64,000 nt of DNA from Aplysia californica (lineage: Eukaryota): NCBI RefSeq assembly GCF_000002075.1, contig NW_004797384.1, forward strand, positions 1,097,148 through 1,161,147. Direction: 5' to 3'. The notes under the pieces were generated by a model. The model worked only from the letters and a program-made list of their open reading frames with translations. It was not told where the DNA came from and did not search any database. Positions 1 through 12,500 of the stretch are shown here, piece after piece. Both the position numbers and the translations under genes were made by a program. Positions within the stretch are counted from its first letter, which is position 1, and each line of letters opens with the position of its first letter.

Positions 1-437
1 GTGCTATAAAAATTATGTATTTTATTATTATTGATGGTTTGCTGCTGTTTCTTTTGCCTTCTGATTTTTCTCGGAAAGCGAGATGCTTTTACTATGAAGG
101 ATAAATAAAGTTTGCTCAGTCTTATCTTATCTTTTTGCTTCCTAGTCCTTCTTCATCTTGTCACTCCTTTTCTTTTCTTCTCAATCCAATACTAGGTTAT
201 CACGGGTAGCTAGAGTGTGCTACTGGTGGGTCCTACTTCTTTTTTGTTCCCCCAGTTGTTTCGGATGGCCTGTCTTACTTTTTTGTGGTCTTTAAGCATT
301 GTGTTCTTTTGTTTTTCTTTACTGAAACAAACATTGTCTTCTCTTACTGGTATAAGGTCAAGGGAAATGGGTGCTATGTCTTTTAAGCAAATGTTTCACG
401 TTTAATTACTCTCCCCCCCCTTTTCTCTACCTTCCAG

Positions 438-544
438 TGTCTTCGGAGGTTTTCCACAAAGACCAACAGCTGACAGACGCCAACATGCAGTTGGAAGTGC
501 TCAAAGCTGAAAAGGAAAAGATGGAAGTGAAGGCGGCTCAACTG
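438..544 (+). CDS. EEA1: EEA1 exon w1 (phase 1-0)
   Basis: ttccag acceptor, gtaagt donor; [35 protein letters not shown]. Confidence 0.85.
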
Positions 545-3500
545 GTAAGTGGATGTTATTGTGCGTCCTGAATGGTATGTCCATTCTTGCTTTGTTTTGT
601 TTGGGTTTTTGTTGTGTTATTTTCCCTTTTGTGTTGTGCGTGGTTATAAACAAATGAAATCCATCAATCTGATAAAACTGTGTGTTTTTGTATACCATAA
701 ACCTGGATGTGAATGAAAATAGAAAATAGAATCATATTTAACCTTGCAGATTTGTACTGTTTTGTTATTAAGAACATTCATTGTTTTTGAGGGTTCTATT
801 GAGAATGTTATAGATTATATAATAATAATAATATATGACATTCGTATAGCGCTCTACCCCGATTAAAGTACACAGGCTCTGAACGCTTTACAATACAGTA
901 CAACATACAACAGTAACATAAAACGTGTTCTGACAAAAAGAAAATTACTCGAAATATTCATCTTATTGATTTAAAAACAGAAACGACCTCAGCTGAGATT
1001 TGAATTAATCAAAAGATTTGATCTCTCTTAAAGTACTAGGTAAAGCATTCCAGATCTTGGGGCCTTGGTATTCCAATGCCCTTTCACCCATTGTTTTAAG
1101 GTTCATAGATGGCAAAAGAAATTTCTTTTTGTCAGCTGATGACCTTAAACTGCGAGTTGGAATGTACAGTCTTAACAGATATGAAAAGTATGATGGCGCA
1201 TTATCATTCAAACATTTGTGACCTAGGGTGGCCAACTTGTACAAAATTCTTTTCTCAACAGGAAGCCAATGCAATGTCCGCAAAAGAGGTTTAGCAGAGT
1301 CTCACTTTGTTTTCCGTAAAGCTAAACGTGCAGCATTGTTTTGGACAGTTTGAACTCAGCTAGTTATTTGTAAAGCAGAAAGGGTTTCATTTTGTCAGTC
1401 ATAGTAATCTACTGAGTGCTCTCAGATTTTATGAGCCTTCCATTAAAAAAAACTAAAATGTTTTGAGGAATTCACTTGACAAAATATTAAGGACCCATAT
1501 AAGTATCCCTTCAGATATATGAAATACTTTTGGTTTACTGAATTATTTGAGTTATCCATTAATTTGTGTGTGTGTGTGTGTGAGTGAGTGTGGTAGAGAG
1601 ATAAAGAGAAAGAAAGAGAGAGAGAGAAAGAGGAGAGAGAATCGTAGAGAGAGAAAAAGAGAGGGGGGTGGGAGGGAAGAGAGAAGAGAGTTTGGGGAAT
1701 TTCTGTAAAATGTTTCTTCATTTCATGTTGTCTCAGGCTGGAGAGATGGCCAGCATGAAAGCGCGGGTGGACGAGAGTGAAGGACAGAGGACAGCGCTGG
1801 AGGACCACATCAAGACACTCAAGGTAGGAGAAAGTTTGTCCGTCTTGCTTATGTTAACTGTCACCACTGTAAAGGCTGGACAATTTAAAAAAGTAATAAC
1901 AAAATGAAATAAATTTCCACTTTTACTGATTCCTGAGGGGAAATTTGGTTTACAATAATGTATTATACATACTTAAATATGGTTCTTAAATTCATACTGA
2001 AACGTACAGATATGCTACAAATACGGTGCATAAATACATAGATGTTATACATACTGAAACATACAGATGTACTACTAATATGTTGCATAAATATATATTT
2101 CTTGTCTTTAGGTTCAACTGGAAGAAAAAGGGACGTATGTGAAAAACCTTGAGACTCAACTAGCTCAAAGGTAATCTTTACTGCATTATACATCTCAGTC
2201 TGAGAGAAAACGAGTGAGCAAATGTTTCAAACATTGTGAGCGGAGAATGAGCAAGCTAGTGTTTGTCATCGTGTCTTGAGCTGTGTACCACTACGTGTGA
2301 TGAAATGTGTTGTAGCAAAGACTCTGCGCAAGAAAATTACGTTTGACATTTCAGGCTAAGACGTCCGGTACATCAAATTTGATTTTATTGTGTTGAAACT
2401 TCTCTACAGCTTTTTGTGGTGATTTTAAAAAAAAATTATTGGGCCTCTTACATCTTTATTTAATGGTTTATTTATTTTGTGTGACAGACTTTTTAATAGT
2501 CTCTGCAGCGTGTGCACATTAGACAGTATACCCCTCTCTGTAAATATTTGTGTGAGTGTTGTGCATGCTGCTTGATCTACTCAGTGTAATTTTTTTTTAA
2601 ACCATGTACAACAGCTAATCTCATGTACTGCCCTTTTGTAAACACTTTGTTGTAGTGAACTTCTTTTTTCACACTTAACACTGCATCAAGGATGAGAGAT
2701 TGAAAGCAACAAAACAATTCTATTAAAATGTCTTATGATAAGTTACCTCATTTTTGTAAACATGTAGGAACATTTTTTTCTCTCACACTTTATGCTGCAT
2801 CAAGGATAGGATGAGAGATTGATAACAGCTACTGCAACAATAACAGTAGTGAAATACTTAAATGTGTGTCTTTGTCAACTTTGATCTATTTAGATTTCTC
2901 GTGATAGTTTGTTTTCATAACAACAATAATTTAGGCATGGGAAAGTGATGTTCATGAAAAAACCATAATCTTCAAAGAGACCAGTGTTAAGCAGGATATT
3001 ATATCATTAATAGCAATATACTATCTCTTTCTTGGTGAAAATCTTTAACACTGATTTTTAATTTTCCTCATTGTTTTGTTCAGTGAAAAGGAGAAGGAGA
3101 AAAAGTAAGCCTGACCATAGATTTGAACCATATACTGTGTCCATTTTACCCCTTTGCTGATCCGCACCTCGTTGTAAGCATGCATAAAGGTTTGTTTTTT
3201 TGCAGTTATTGAACTGGGCAGCTGGTGAAGCGAGTTCAATGGTTTGCAGAGCTCATTCTTTATTGTGGCTTGTATTGATATTTATTCACTTGTTATGAGA
3301 TGAAGTTTCGTGTTTGGTCCTTACAGATAGGGCTGAAGCCACCTGCTCTCCCAGACAGTCTGAATTGTGTCAATGGGGGTGGGGGCTGCAGACCTGCCAC
3401 TCATCCCTATTTAACCGGGACATACCGATCCCCCACCCCAATCTCAAGCATCCTGATTTCGATTGCGTGTCCCGATTTTTTTGTTCTGTCTGTTGCGCCG

Positions 3501-6500
3501 GATTTTTCTAAAAACATACTCTATCTTCATTATATATTTATGGACCCCCCTAGAACTGAAACATTTTTAAATCAGCTTGGCAATCACCCTGGTGAATTGT
3601 CGTTGATCCCGATTTTTTTCCCCAGATCCCGATTTTTCCCCTTGAGATCCTGATTTTTAGATTTCAAAGGGTGGCAGGTCTGGGACTGGGATCAGTATCA
3701 ACCTATAAACAAAACTAGCCTGTTTTAACTCCTTTATATGAAATCACAGTTTGTTTGTCAATGTCTGACAATGATCAATGCGTCTGCAGAGGAGTTCTTA
3801 AGGAGAAACAGAAGAAATAAGGATAAAGATTAGATAATTTGTGGCTACTGCTAGGGTCAATGAGACCAATTCTGGCAGAGAAGAGTGTGCCACATTTTGA
3901 GCTTTCAGAAGCTACATTTCCACTTGTGAATGTGAACATGGAGAAGAAAACCACAAGACTCCTGTTGAAAATAACCAGTGCTGTGTAATGTTTTGCCACT
4001 CAGTTATTTTTATTTTTATTTTTGGAAAGACTTTCTATATTTACCAATGTCTTTTTAGACATGGCTCAGCATGCCCTTAGAAAGATAGTAATAGTAACTT
4101 GGACATTATGTGAAATCAAAAGTTACCTGTTCACTCTGTCAGTATGTGACTTGATTTTTTGGGAGGAAGGGAAATAAAACTGCATGATTTTTAGATTTTT
4201 GTCTTTATATTTTGTACATGCGCAATTGCAATGTGAGAATATAAAGATTATGCGTGAAACATGTCTGGCTTGTATTTGTGTGATTGTGCTATTTTCAGTA
4301 TATTAAATACGCTTAAGGGGGGGGGGGGAATAAAAATCAGTGAGTAGTAAATTGGGATAATTTTTTATTAGATTTAGCTCAGACTGGAAAGAATACTGTT
4401 GTATACTTTTGTGAATACAATTCTTAACTGCTTGGCGACTGACTATCTTAGTCATGTTTGGAAGATAGATATTTATATCTTGCCTTGACTTTCCTCATTA
4501 CTCCCACCAGCTGAGCCTGAAGTTACACCCCTCTTCTACCCCTACTCCACGCTGATTTGTATAAAATCTTGTTAAGGAATCTTTTTCACACAAGAGGCAT
4601 GTCAGGTCCTAAATCAGTGCAAAATTAGAGGAAGAATATAAATCACAATTGTTTGTGAATTGCCTCTAGCCTTATTTATTTATATCTTTGCATTGTGAGT
4701 ATAACTATGTATCTTTAAATACATATGTGAGTCAGTTGTCGAGATGGTTGGAGTCAAGCTCTGTACCATGAGTACTATTGTCATTCTTCTATGGGAATTG
4801 AGTGGCAGGTATAACACTCATCATGATTTGACTTTTAGCGTGCTTGAAAAGAGAACAGGGCTTTTCTTTTTTGCTCTCTTAAGCATCCAATGAATCAACT
4901 TACTTAAATTTCTTGAAGGTCCTGTAAGTTCTGCAAACTGGATGGAATAAAAGGCAGAGTTAGACAGAGAATAAATTATATAGAGAACTTGAACAAATTG
5001 ATGAGAGGTGAGACCAGGATGGTATGTTTTTTTTGAGAGCATTCAAGCAGAGAAATGGATGGTGAACCATGATCCCCAATGTCTGTTCCAGATCTGGCAC
5101 TTGAAGTTGAAGAAGTGAAAGAAAAAGAAGCATCCAGTTGAGATGTGTATTGGGGAAAATTTATAATGTTCAAAAAACTTATTGGTGTTCTCTCCTTGTG
5201 AGAATATGACTCAAAGCTATTTCTATGATTTTATTTAATTTACCGAGTTACCTGCTTTTTTCCCCCTTACGATGTGGCGACTTTGTGACTGCTCTTATGA
5301 TTACATCTTTTACAGAGTTTTTTTATAGACGTTTCCTCCCCTTCCCCCCCCCCCCCCCCCCTTTACCATAAGGTTGTTTTTTCCCGCTGAAGCTGTACTG
5401 TTTGGCATCTTAGAAATGAAAAGGAAAGAGATCAGGATGATAAAAATTGTGTTAGTTTCATGTATAATTCTGAAAGATATGAGTTGAGATATAATAACAT
5501 AGCCACAAAAAACTATTTGCAATGTGAGTTTCTTCAGATTGGTCTGTCCCCATCTTGTTCCCCCCCCCCCCCCCCCCCCCCCTCTGCCCATGCCCAAAAG
5601 TATCTCTCGTTCGTCTCCGTTACCCTGTTTCTTGAACATCTGAACGTAGGCTGCTGCTTCTTTAGTCTCAAATATGTTTTTGAAAAAACAAAAAACGACA
5701 GACTGAGTTGTGTATTGTTTGATTTAATGTTCTCAAGAGTATTTTTTTTTTTTTGGTGTGTTTTGAAAGTATTAAAGGGAAGCTGGTGAACTAGTTTGGT
5801 AATAGATTTTTTCAGTCTGGCTTTTTTACTCACAAAATAGATGTCACCAGTCTGTGATTGCATGCTGGTTTTAAAATGAGCGGAATCAGTATGAAAAAGG
5901 GAAATAGGCGTACAGTTATATCCTTGTTGAACGGTCCTGTCAGTATTGTGATTTTGTGTTTTGCTTTTTGCTGGAAAACATTGAAGTAAGAAGTAGAGTG
6001 GGTGATTTGTGCATGATGATAAAACTGCTTTCTCTGTTTATGTTAGAGAATTTGTGTCATGTCAATACCTTAGTACTATATTATAAGTAACTGCCCTCGT
6101 ACTTAACACTGACCAATGTCTTTGATTGAGAGAAGGGGATGGGGGGATGGGGTTGTTCCATATTTCCTTCTTTCTGCTGAAATGCTGTATCCCACTGTCT
6201 TGGTTAGACGTGGTTGGAGCAACCTGTCTAGTAATTACTTAGTTTGTATCTGTTCTGGTATTTTTAGGTCAATCAAAATTCACAGTTATGACACCTTTTG
6301 TTAATTTTTTGCTTTAAAAGTTGTTTTTTTCAAAGTGAGTTTTATAAGATAAGTAAGGATACCAACATAAGGCTAGCATAAGTACTAGAAAGGTTCTTTC
6401 TCAAGTTTTCTAGTTTTTGGAATAAAACTGGTTTGTGCTAAATTGAGCGTGAGGTGATTAAAGGTTCTTTGCGTATTATGCATGGTTGCGCAGTAGACAT

Positions 6501-9500
6501 GTTAGCTTTTCCAGGTCTAGGTATTCACTGCTCTTTTTTCCATGGCATTACCATTTGTTACAGTTTTAGAGAGAAAGATATTCATGTGTTAATGATCGAA
6601 ATTTGATGGGGAAAGTTGAGAAAGCTTGAGTAGAAGAGTTTGTGTGTAGTGAAGAAATAGGACCTACTAGTGGCTCCTTCCATTCTTCCCTTGAAATGGT
6701 ATAATATACATCAGTAGGAAACAAAATTTTTGTGTTGTGCATTTTTTGTGCTTATATGAGGCATAATGGGTCCCATCTAAAAAAGAAAATGAGATAGATA
6801 AATTTGACCACTGTTGATAGAGATACAATCTATGATGTACACAGTGAAATGGGAGTACCCGTTTTTCTATGTATGTGCTTTAAGTACAAAGAATAAACAT
6901 GTATGTGTAAGAAAAAAAATAGGGAACTGAAAATCTGTTCACTATGTGCGTGTTTGCTATATGGCTTCTGGACTTAAAAGGAATGTCCTTGAAGAAATAT
7001 GGGAACATTTTTACTTTGAGGTGTGTTTCGATTTGTAAATTTCTCATGGTCACTTACTCTGTTTTTATACAAAAGCAGTTTAAAAAAATTAATGAATAAC
7101 GTTACTTACTGGTGTCTGTGATGTAGCAATTAGGCTCTTTGCCATAGCAAACAAAAGACATGACTTTTTTAATTCACATATGGGGAGATTTTTTTATCAG
7201 GTTTCTCCACCAGTCTGTGAGAAGATTGTGTCCATGTGTCTGCATCCTGAATGATGTAGATTGTGTTGATGGGCGTAACACATTTATTGTTACAATGACA
7301 CTCTGTGTTCTGTCGTGTGTTTTAGGCCGGCAGCTGATGATGTGTTTGTGCTGAAGCAAGAGCTGGTGTCCGTGCAGACGCTGATGGACAAGATGACACA
7401 GGAGAGAGAGAAGGAGAAGGAAGAGTTGGAGAAGGAGTACAAGGAGCTCAAGTCTCAGTTTGATCAGTATGTCCTCTTGTTGTTGGGTGATTTTGTGACA
7501 TACTGTACTTGTTTGTACAGATTGGTAATAAGGAAAAGACCAAGACAATATAGATGTTTTTATTTTAAAGATCGTCTGGGCTGAGAAATGAGTCTGGGGA
7601 TCTGTCCTCTCAGCCCGGTTGACCCTGGCTGGCAGTGTTTTTAAAAAAATATTTTAAAAAGTAAATTACACTTTTATTTGTCCCAGAAAGGCACTTTGGT
7701 TTACAATGGCAAACATACATGTACCTACATAAATACATGCACAAATACATACATAAATACATACATAAATACACAATATTACATAAATACAGAACAGTTT
7801 TACAACTACAACCATGCCACTGTTGGTAGGTGGTTTGCAGGTGCTCTTTCCTATCAGTCATCTATCGTCTTTATCGCTTTTCCTTCTCTTTTGTGTTTGT
7901 TATTCTCTTGTAAAACCTCTAATCTTCTGCACTTATATGACCTCATTGTGTTGCAATTGCAATAAAACTCTTGCTGAAACTAAGGAAGGCAGGGTTGAAG
8001 CAGTCTGCTTCCTGATGATCGTTATCGTGTAGATGGGGGCACGAAACAGTTGCTATTAAAAAAGAAAATTATTGAAGACTTGTTTCTTGCTCTGTCCAAA
8101 ATACACGCAATGTCATTTTTGTTACTTAAAAATGTTGTCAACGTATTCAAACTATGTCATGGGGAGATGGTAGGACATTGGACAGGGTGTTCCTGAAGAC
8201 CGGACACTCAGGCAAAATGTTGGGTATTTGTTCCTTGTACTACAGGCAAATTTGGCTTGAAGTTTGATCTGATATTTCACTTTTTTATTTCTTATTCTGA
8301 TTTAAGTGGAACATTATCGCATATATATAAGTAGTAAAAATTTTGATTTGGTGCTTTGTTCTCTTTTGCTTTTAGTATTTCTATTGTTATTCCTGTTCTT
8401 TTCACATTATTTATTTTCATGTATACCTTTTTAGGAAGGAAACAGAGCTGAAGGAATTCAGTGTCAAGCTGCAAGAGGCTCCTAAGACAGAGCAAGTGGC
8501 CAGGTACCCTACTTTTTGTTAATAAAGAAAACGAAATTCTCCCTTCACCTGTGTCATGTCATATCAGGTAAACTTAAAAGGGTGTAAGTTTTCTTCACCG
8601 GTGTCTGTGATGTAGCATTTGGCGCTTCGTTGTTACAGGCAGTAGTTCCAAGCTCGGTTCCTGAGTGGGGAAAATCTGTATTGAGTATTTCAGTCTTTCT
8701 GCTTGGATATTGTATCCCACTCAGCCCGGTTTGGCCCTGGCAGGCAGGTAGGTAGCCAACTTCCTGAATGATCTAAATTGTGTCGATCAGGGAGATAAAA
8801 GCACCTATTCGAAGTCTTCATCTTTTTCTCCTTTTTCTTCTCCTCATCTTTCTTCTCCTACTCCACTTCTCCCCCCCCCCCCGCTCCTTGTCCTCCTTCT
8901 TCTTAATCTTCACACCTTATGCAGTTGCGAGCTCCGTAAAACCTGTACTAAAACAAACAAGATAATAGATAGCGTGCTGTATAATGTAAGATAAAAATTG
9001 AAGATTGGAAAAAGCACACTGTGTAATTCCTCTTCTGTTCTTAAAATAAAGCCCTGAGTTCTTCCTTTAAAATGGCCAAATGTATGAAATTGAGCCCTAG
9101 ATTCTTAAAAAAGACAGAAAAAAAATACAAAGATACAAATCAGTGTATTGTTTTTAAAAGCAATGAAAAGATGTATTCTACATTCTCATTTCGGTTTTCA
9201 AAACTTCCTTCCTCCCCAGCCTTCAGTCAGCTCTTGATGAGAAAGAGTCCAGTGTAGAGAAACTGAAGTCTTCTTTGTCAGAAGCTGAGAAAAAACTGAC
9301 TCAGGCAACGGAGGACAAGACTAAGGTATTCATGTCAGACAAAGGAAAGGATCTAGTGAAAAACAGGAGAAGTCCTTTAAAAAAAAAAAAAAGCCCAGGG
9401 TACTAGTCCTCAGCTTATATTAGTACCTGCAAAATATCCCTTTGAAATCAGTAAAGTAACCAGCTAAGTCGTTCACGCAATGTAGTTTTATGAAAGCAAA

Positions 9501-12500
9501 CCAAGTCAAGAACAGACATGTCTATTATTAAAAAAAGGAAAATAGACTAAGATGTGGTAGGATTAATGTGACTTAACCTGTTTTTCACATGATCTCTTCA
9601 AATGTTTTCTATTAGTGTCTTCTATAATAGTCAGGCACTTTACTATTGCGTGCAGAAGACATGAGTTCTCTTCCCATGTGGGACATTTTTTTAGCAAGTA
9701 TCTGCCTGTCTGCTAGGAGGCTGTATGTATTCTACTCAGCTTGACACTGACAGGAACGGTAGAAGTAATGATCTCTATTTCTCTCTATCTCTCTGTCTCT
9801 TTCATCTTCCCCCCNNNNNNNNNNNNNNNNNNNNNNNNNNNNNNNNNNNNNNNNNNNNNNNNNNNNNNNNNNNNNNNNNNNNNNNNNNNNNNNNNNNNNN
9901 NNNNNNNNNNNNNNNNNNNNNNNNNNNNNNNNNNNNNNNNNNNNNNNNNNNNNNNNNNNNNNNNNNNNNNNNNNNNNNNNNNNNNNNNNNNNNNNNNNNN
10001 NNNNNNNNNNNNNNNNNNNNNNNNNNNNNNNNNNNNNNNNNNNNNNNNNNNNNNNNNNNNNNNNNNNNNNNNNNNNNNNNNNNNNNNNNNNNNNNNNNNN
10101 NNNNNNNNNNNNNNNNNNNNNNNNNNNNNNNNNNNNNNNNNNNNNNNNNNNNNNNNNNNNNNNNNNNNNNNNNNNNNNNNNNNNNNNNNNNNNNNNNNNN
10201 NNNNNNNNNNNNNNNNNNNNNNNNNNNNNNNNNNNNNNNNNNNNNNNNNNNNNNNNNNNNNNNNNNNNNNNNNNNNNNNNNNNNNNNNNNNNNNNNNNNN
10301 NNNNNNNNNNNNNNNNNNNNNNNNNNNNNNNNNNNNNNNNNNNNNNNNNNNNNNNNNNNNNNNNNNNNNNNNNNNNNNNNNNNNNNNNNNNNNNNNNNNN
10401 NNNNNNNNNNNNNNNNNNNNNNNNNNNNNNNNNNNNNNNNNNNNNNNNNNNNNNNNNNNNNNNNNNNNNNNNNNNNNNNNNNNNNNNNNNNNNNNNNNNN
10501 NNNNNNNNNNNNNNNNNNNNNNNNNNNNNNNNNNNNNNNNNNNNNNNNNNNNNNNNNNNNNNNNNNNNNNNNNNNNNNNNNNNNNNNNNNNNNNNNNNNN
10601 NNNNNNNNNNNNNNNNNNNNNNNNNNNNNNNNNNNNNNNNNNNNNNNNNNNNNNNNNNNNNNNNNNNNNNNNNNNNNNNNNNNNNNNNNNNNNNNNNNNN
10701 NNNNNNNNNNNNNNNNNNNNNNNNNNNNNNNGAGGAGGTATACCAGTTTAGGAGCTACCTTCTATTTTTATTAGCTGGTTTTCATCAATTTTCATAGATG
10801 GGTGACGGGAAAAGACGAAGATAACATGTGTTAAAAGCAGAGAAATGGATGGCGAACCATGGTTGCAGAAGTTTGTTTCAGATTTTGACACTTAAAGAAA
10901 AGTTTTTCACTCTTCTCCCATGGGAAAAAGCTTTGGCAGCTGTCTTATCTAGTCTGATGTATGGGCTTCATTTCAGGTCCAGAAGAAATACATCTGTGGT
11001 GTAATGGCTAGGCTTTTTGCCATCAGGTGCCAGAGATTTGAGTTTGAACCCCATGTGGGGAAGTATCTCCATCTTTTTGTTTGGACATTGTATCCCTCAG
11101 CCAATATTTGGCCCTAGCAGGCAGGGTCAAAACAACCTGCTATTTAAATGATGTAAATCAATAATGTCTATGGGTACATAAAACATTAATAATTATTATT
11201 TCAGACCCAGACGAAACTTGAGGAAAGTTTGCAGACCTTGAAAGAGAAGGCTGGAGAAATATCTCAACTTCAGACATCAGTAGACCAGAAGGAAGAGTCC
11301 ATCAGCGCATCACAACAGGAAGCCGAGAAGCTCAAAGAAGCCCTGGAAGATCAGAAAAATGAATTGGAACAGGTGAAGTTTATGCCTTATTTAATTGTTC
11401 ATGATTTTTCTTTTGCGCTTGCTCTTCATATAACACTTTTATTAGTTGTAGTTAACTTATTTCATGGTAAGATTTATACAATAGATTAATCGTTCATGAT
11501 TTTTAGTTTGACGTATTGTATCTTTGTTTTGTGTAAAACTGTTTTGCATAAGAGAGAACTGATTATCCATTTCTGTATGTACATTGTATCTGTACTTAAC
11601 TCTTTTTTTAGTTTTAGTAGAGGTTTTCGGCGCTCGCAACTGCATAAGGTCATACGAGCGCCAGAAGATTAGAGGTGTTACTAGAGAGTAACAAACATAA
11701 AAAAGAAGACGGGGAGATAAGGTCGATAGATGTTTGATAGGAAAGAAGAAGCAGACCACACCAGAGCACCTGCCAACCACCCACGTTTCTTAACTCTTAA
11801 AAAACAGGATTAATAGCTCATTTTCACATTTCTGGTCAGCAAGGCTTATATAAACCACTATTCTTGGTTTGGGATGTATAGGAATATAGTTGTGCACATG
11901 TCATATTGAAGGAAATGGCATGCAGAAGTAGAATAGATGAAAATCATGAAAGTATGTCTTGTCTTTGTGGAGGAAAACATATTGATCGAGTTGATGCTGT
12001 GCGTCTTTTTACTCAAACAATCAAAACAAACGTTCAGAAACAAGATGTCCTGTAAATTGTGTCAAAATGACATTTTTGCTCTTTTTTCCCTTTGTCCAGA
12101 CCAAGAAATTGCTGGAGGAGAAGGGAGCGGAGCTGGAGAGTGTCCAGAAGGCGATGGGAGACTCGGCCGAGGTGTCTCAGTCCGCCATGGTGCAGAAGGA
12201 ACAGCTCCTCAATGAGCTCAAGTTCAAGGCCGAGAAAGTGAGGACTAAAAGGGGTGCCACCACTTACTTAAATATGATTATGATAATAATGACAATAATA
12301 ATAATAATAATTATTGTTATTACAATATGTGATATTTGTACCGCTCTCTACCCGGATTAAAGAACAGGGGCTTTGGGTGCTTTACAAATACAGGTAGCAA
12401 CAAGTGGACAATACATTGCAGTCTGACGAAAAATCTATGTATATATTTTTTTTAAACCCTAAAAACAAAAATGACTTGACCTGGCTATTAAATTAATGAA

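Noticed and set aside
3205-3223. Second microexon candidate (ttgcag...gtgaag)
   Set aside because: It is 19 nt, shifts the frame and has a weak donor.
8005-8055. CTGATGA...GAAAC resembling a hammerhead ribozyme core
   Set aside because: The stem II closing pair and stems I/III do not form properly. It is a mutated family-B tail; other copies read cctgaatgatc or cctaaatgatc.
9725-10774. Long ORFs spanning N runs (also around 16.9k, 27k, 31.2k, 37.5k and 44.4k)
   Set aside because: Artefacts of translating assembly gaps.
11457-11780. Recurring small ORFs of the [17 protein letters not shown] type (also 21862, 55843, 57534)
   Set aside because: These are translations of family-C repeats; starts, stops and frames are not conserved between copies.
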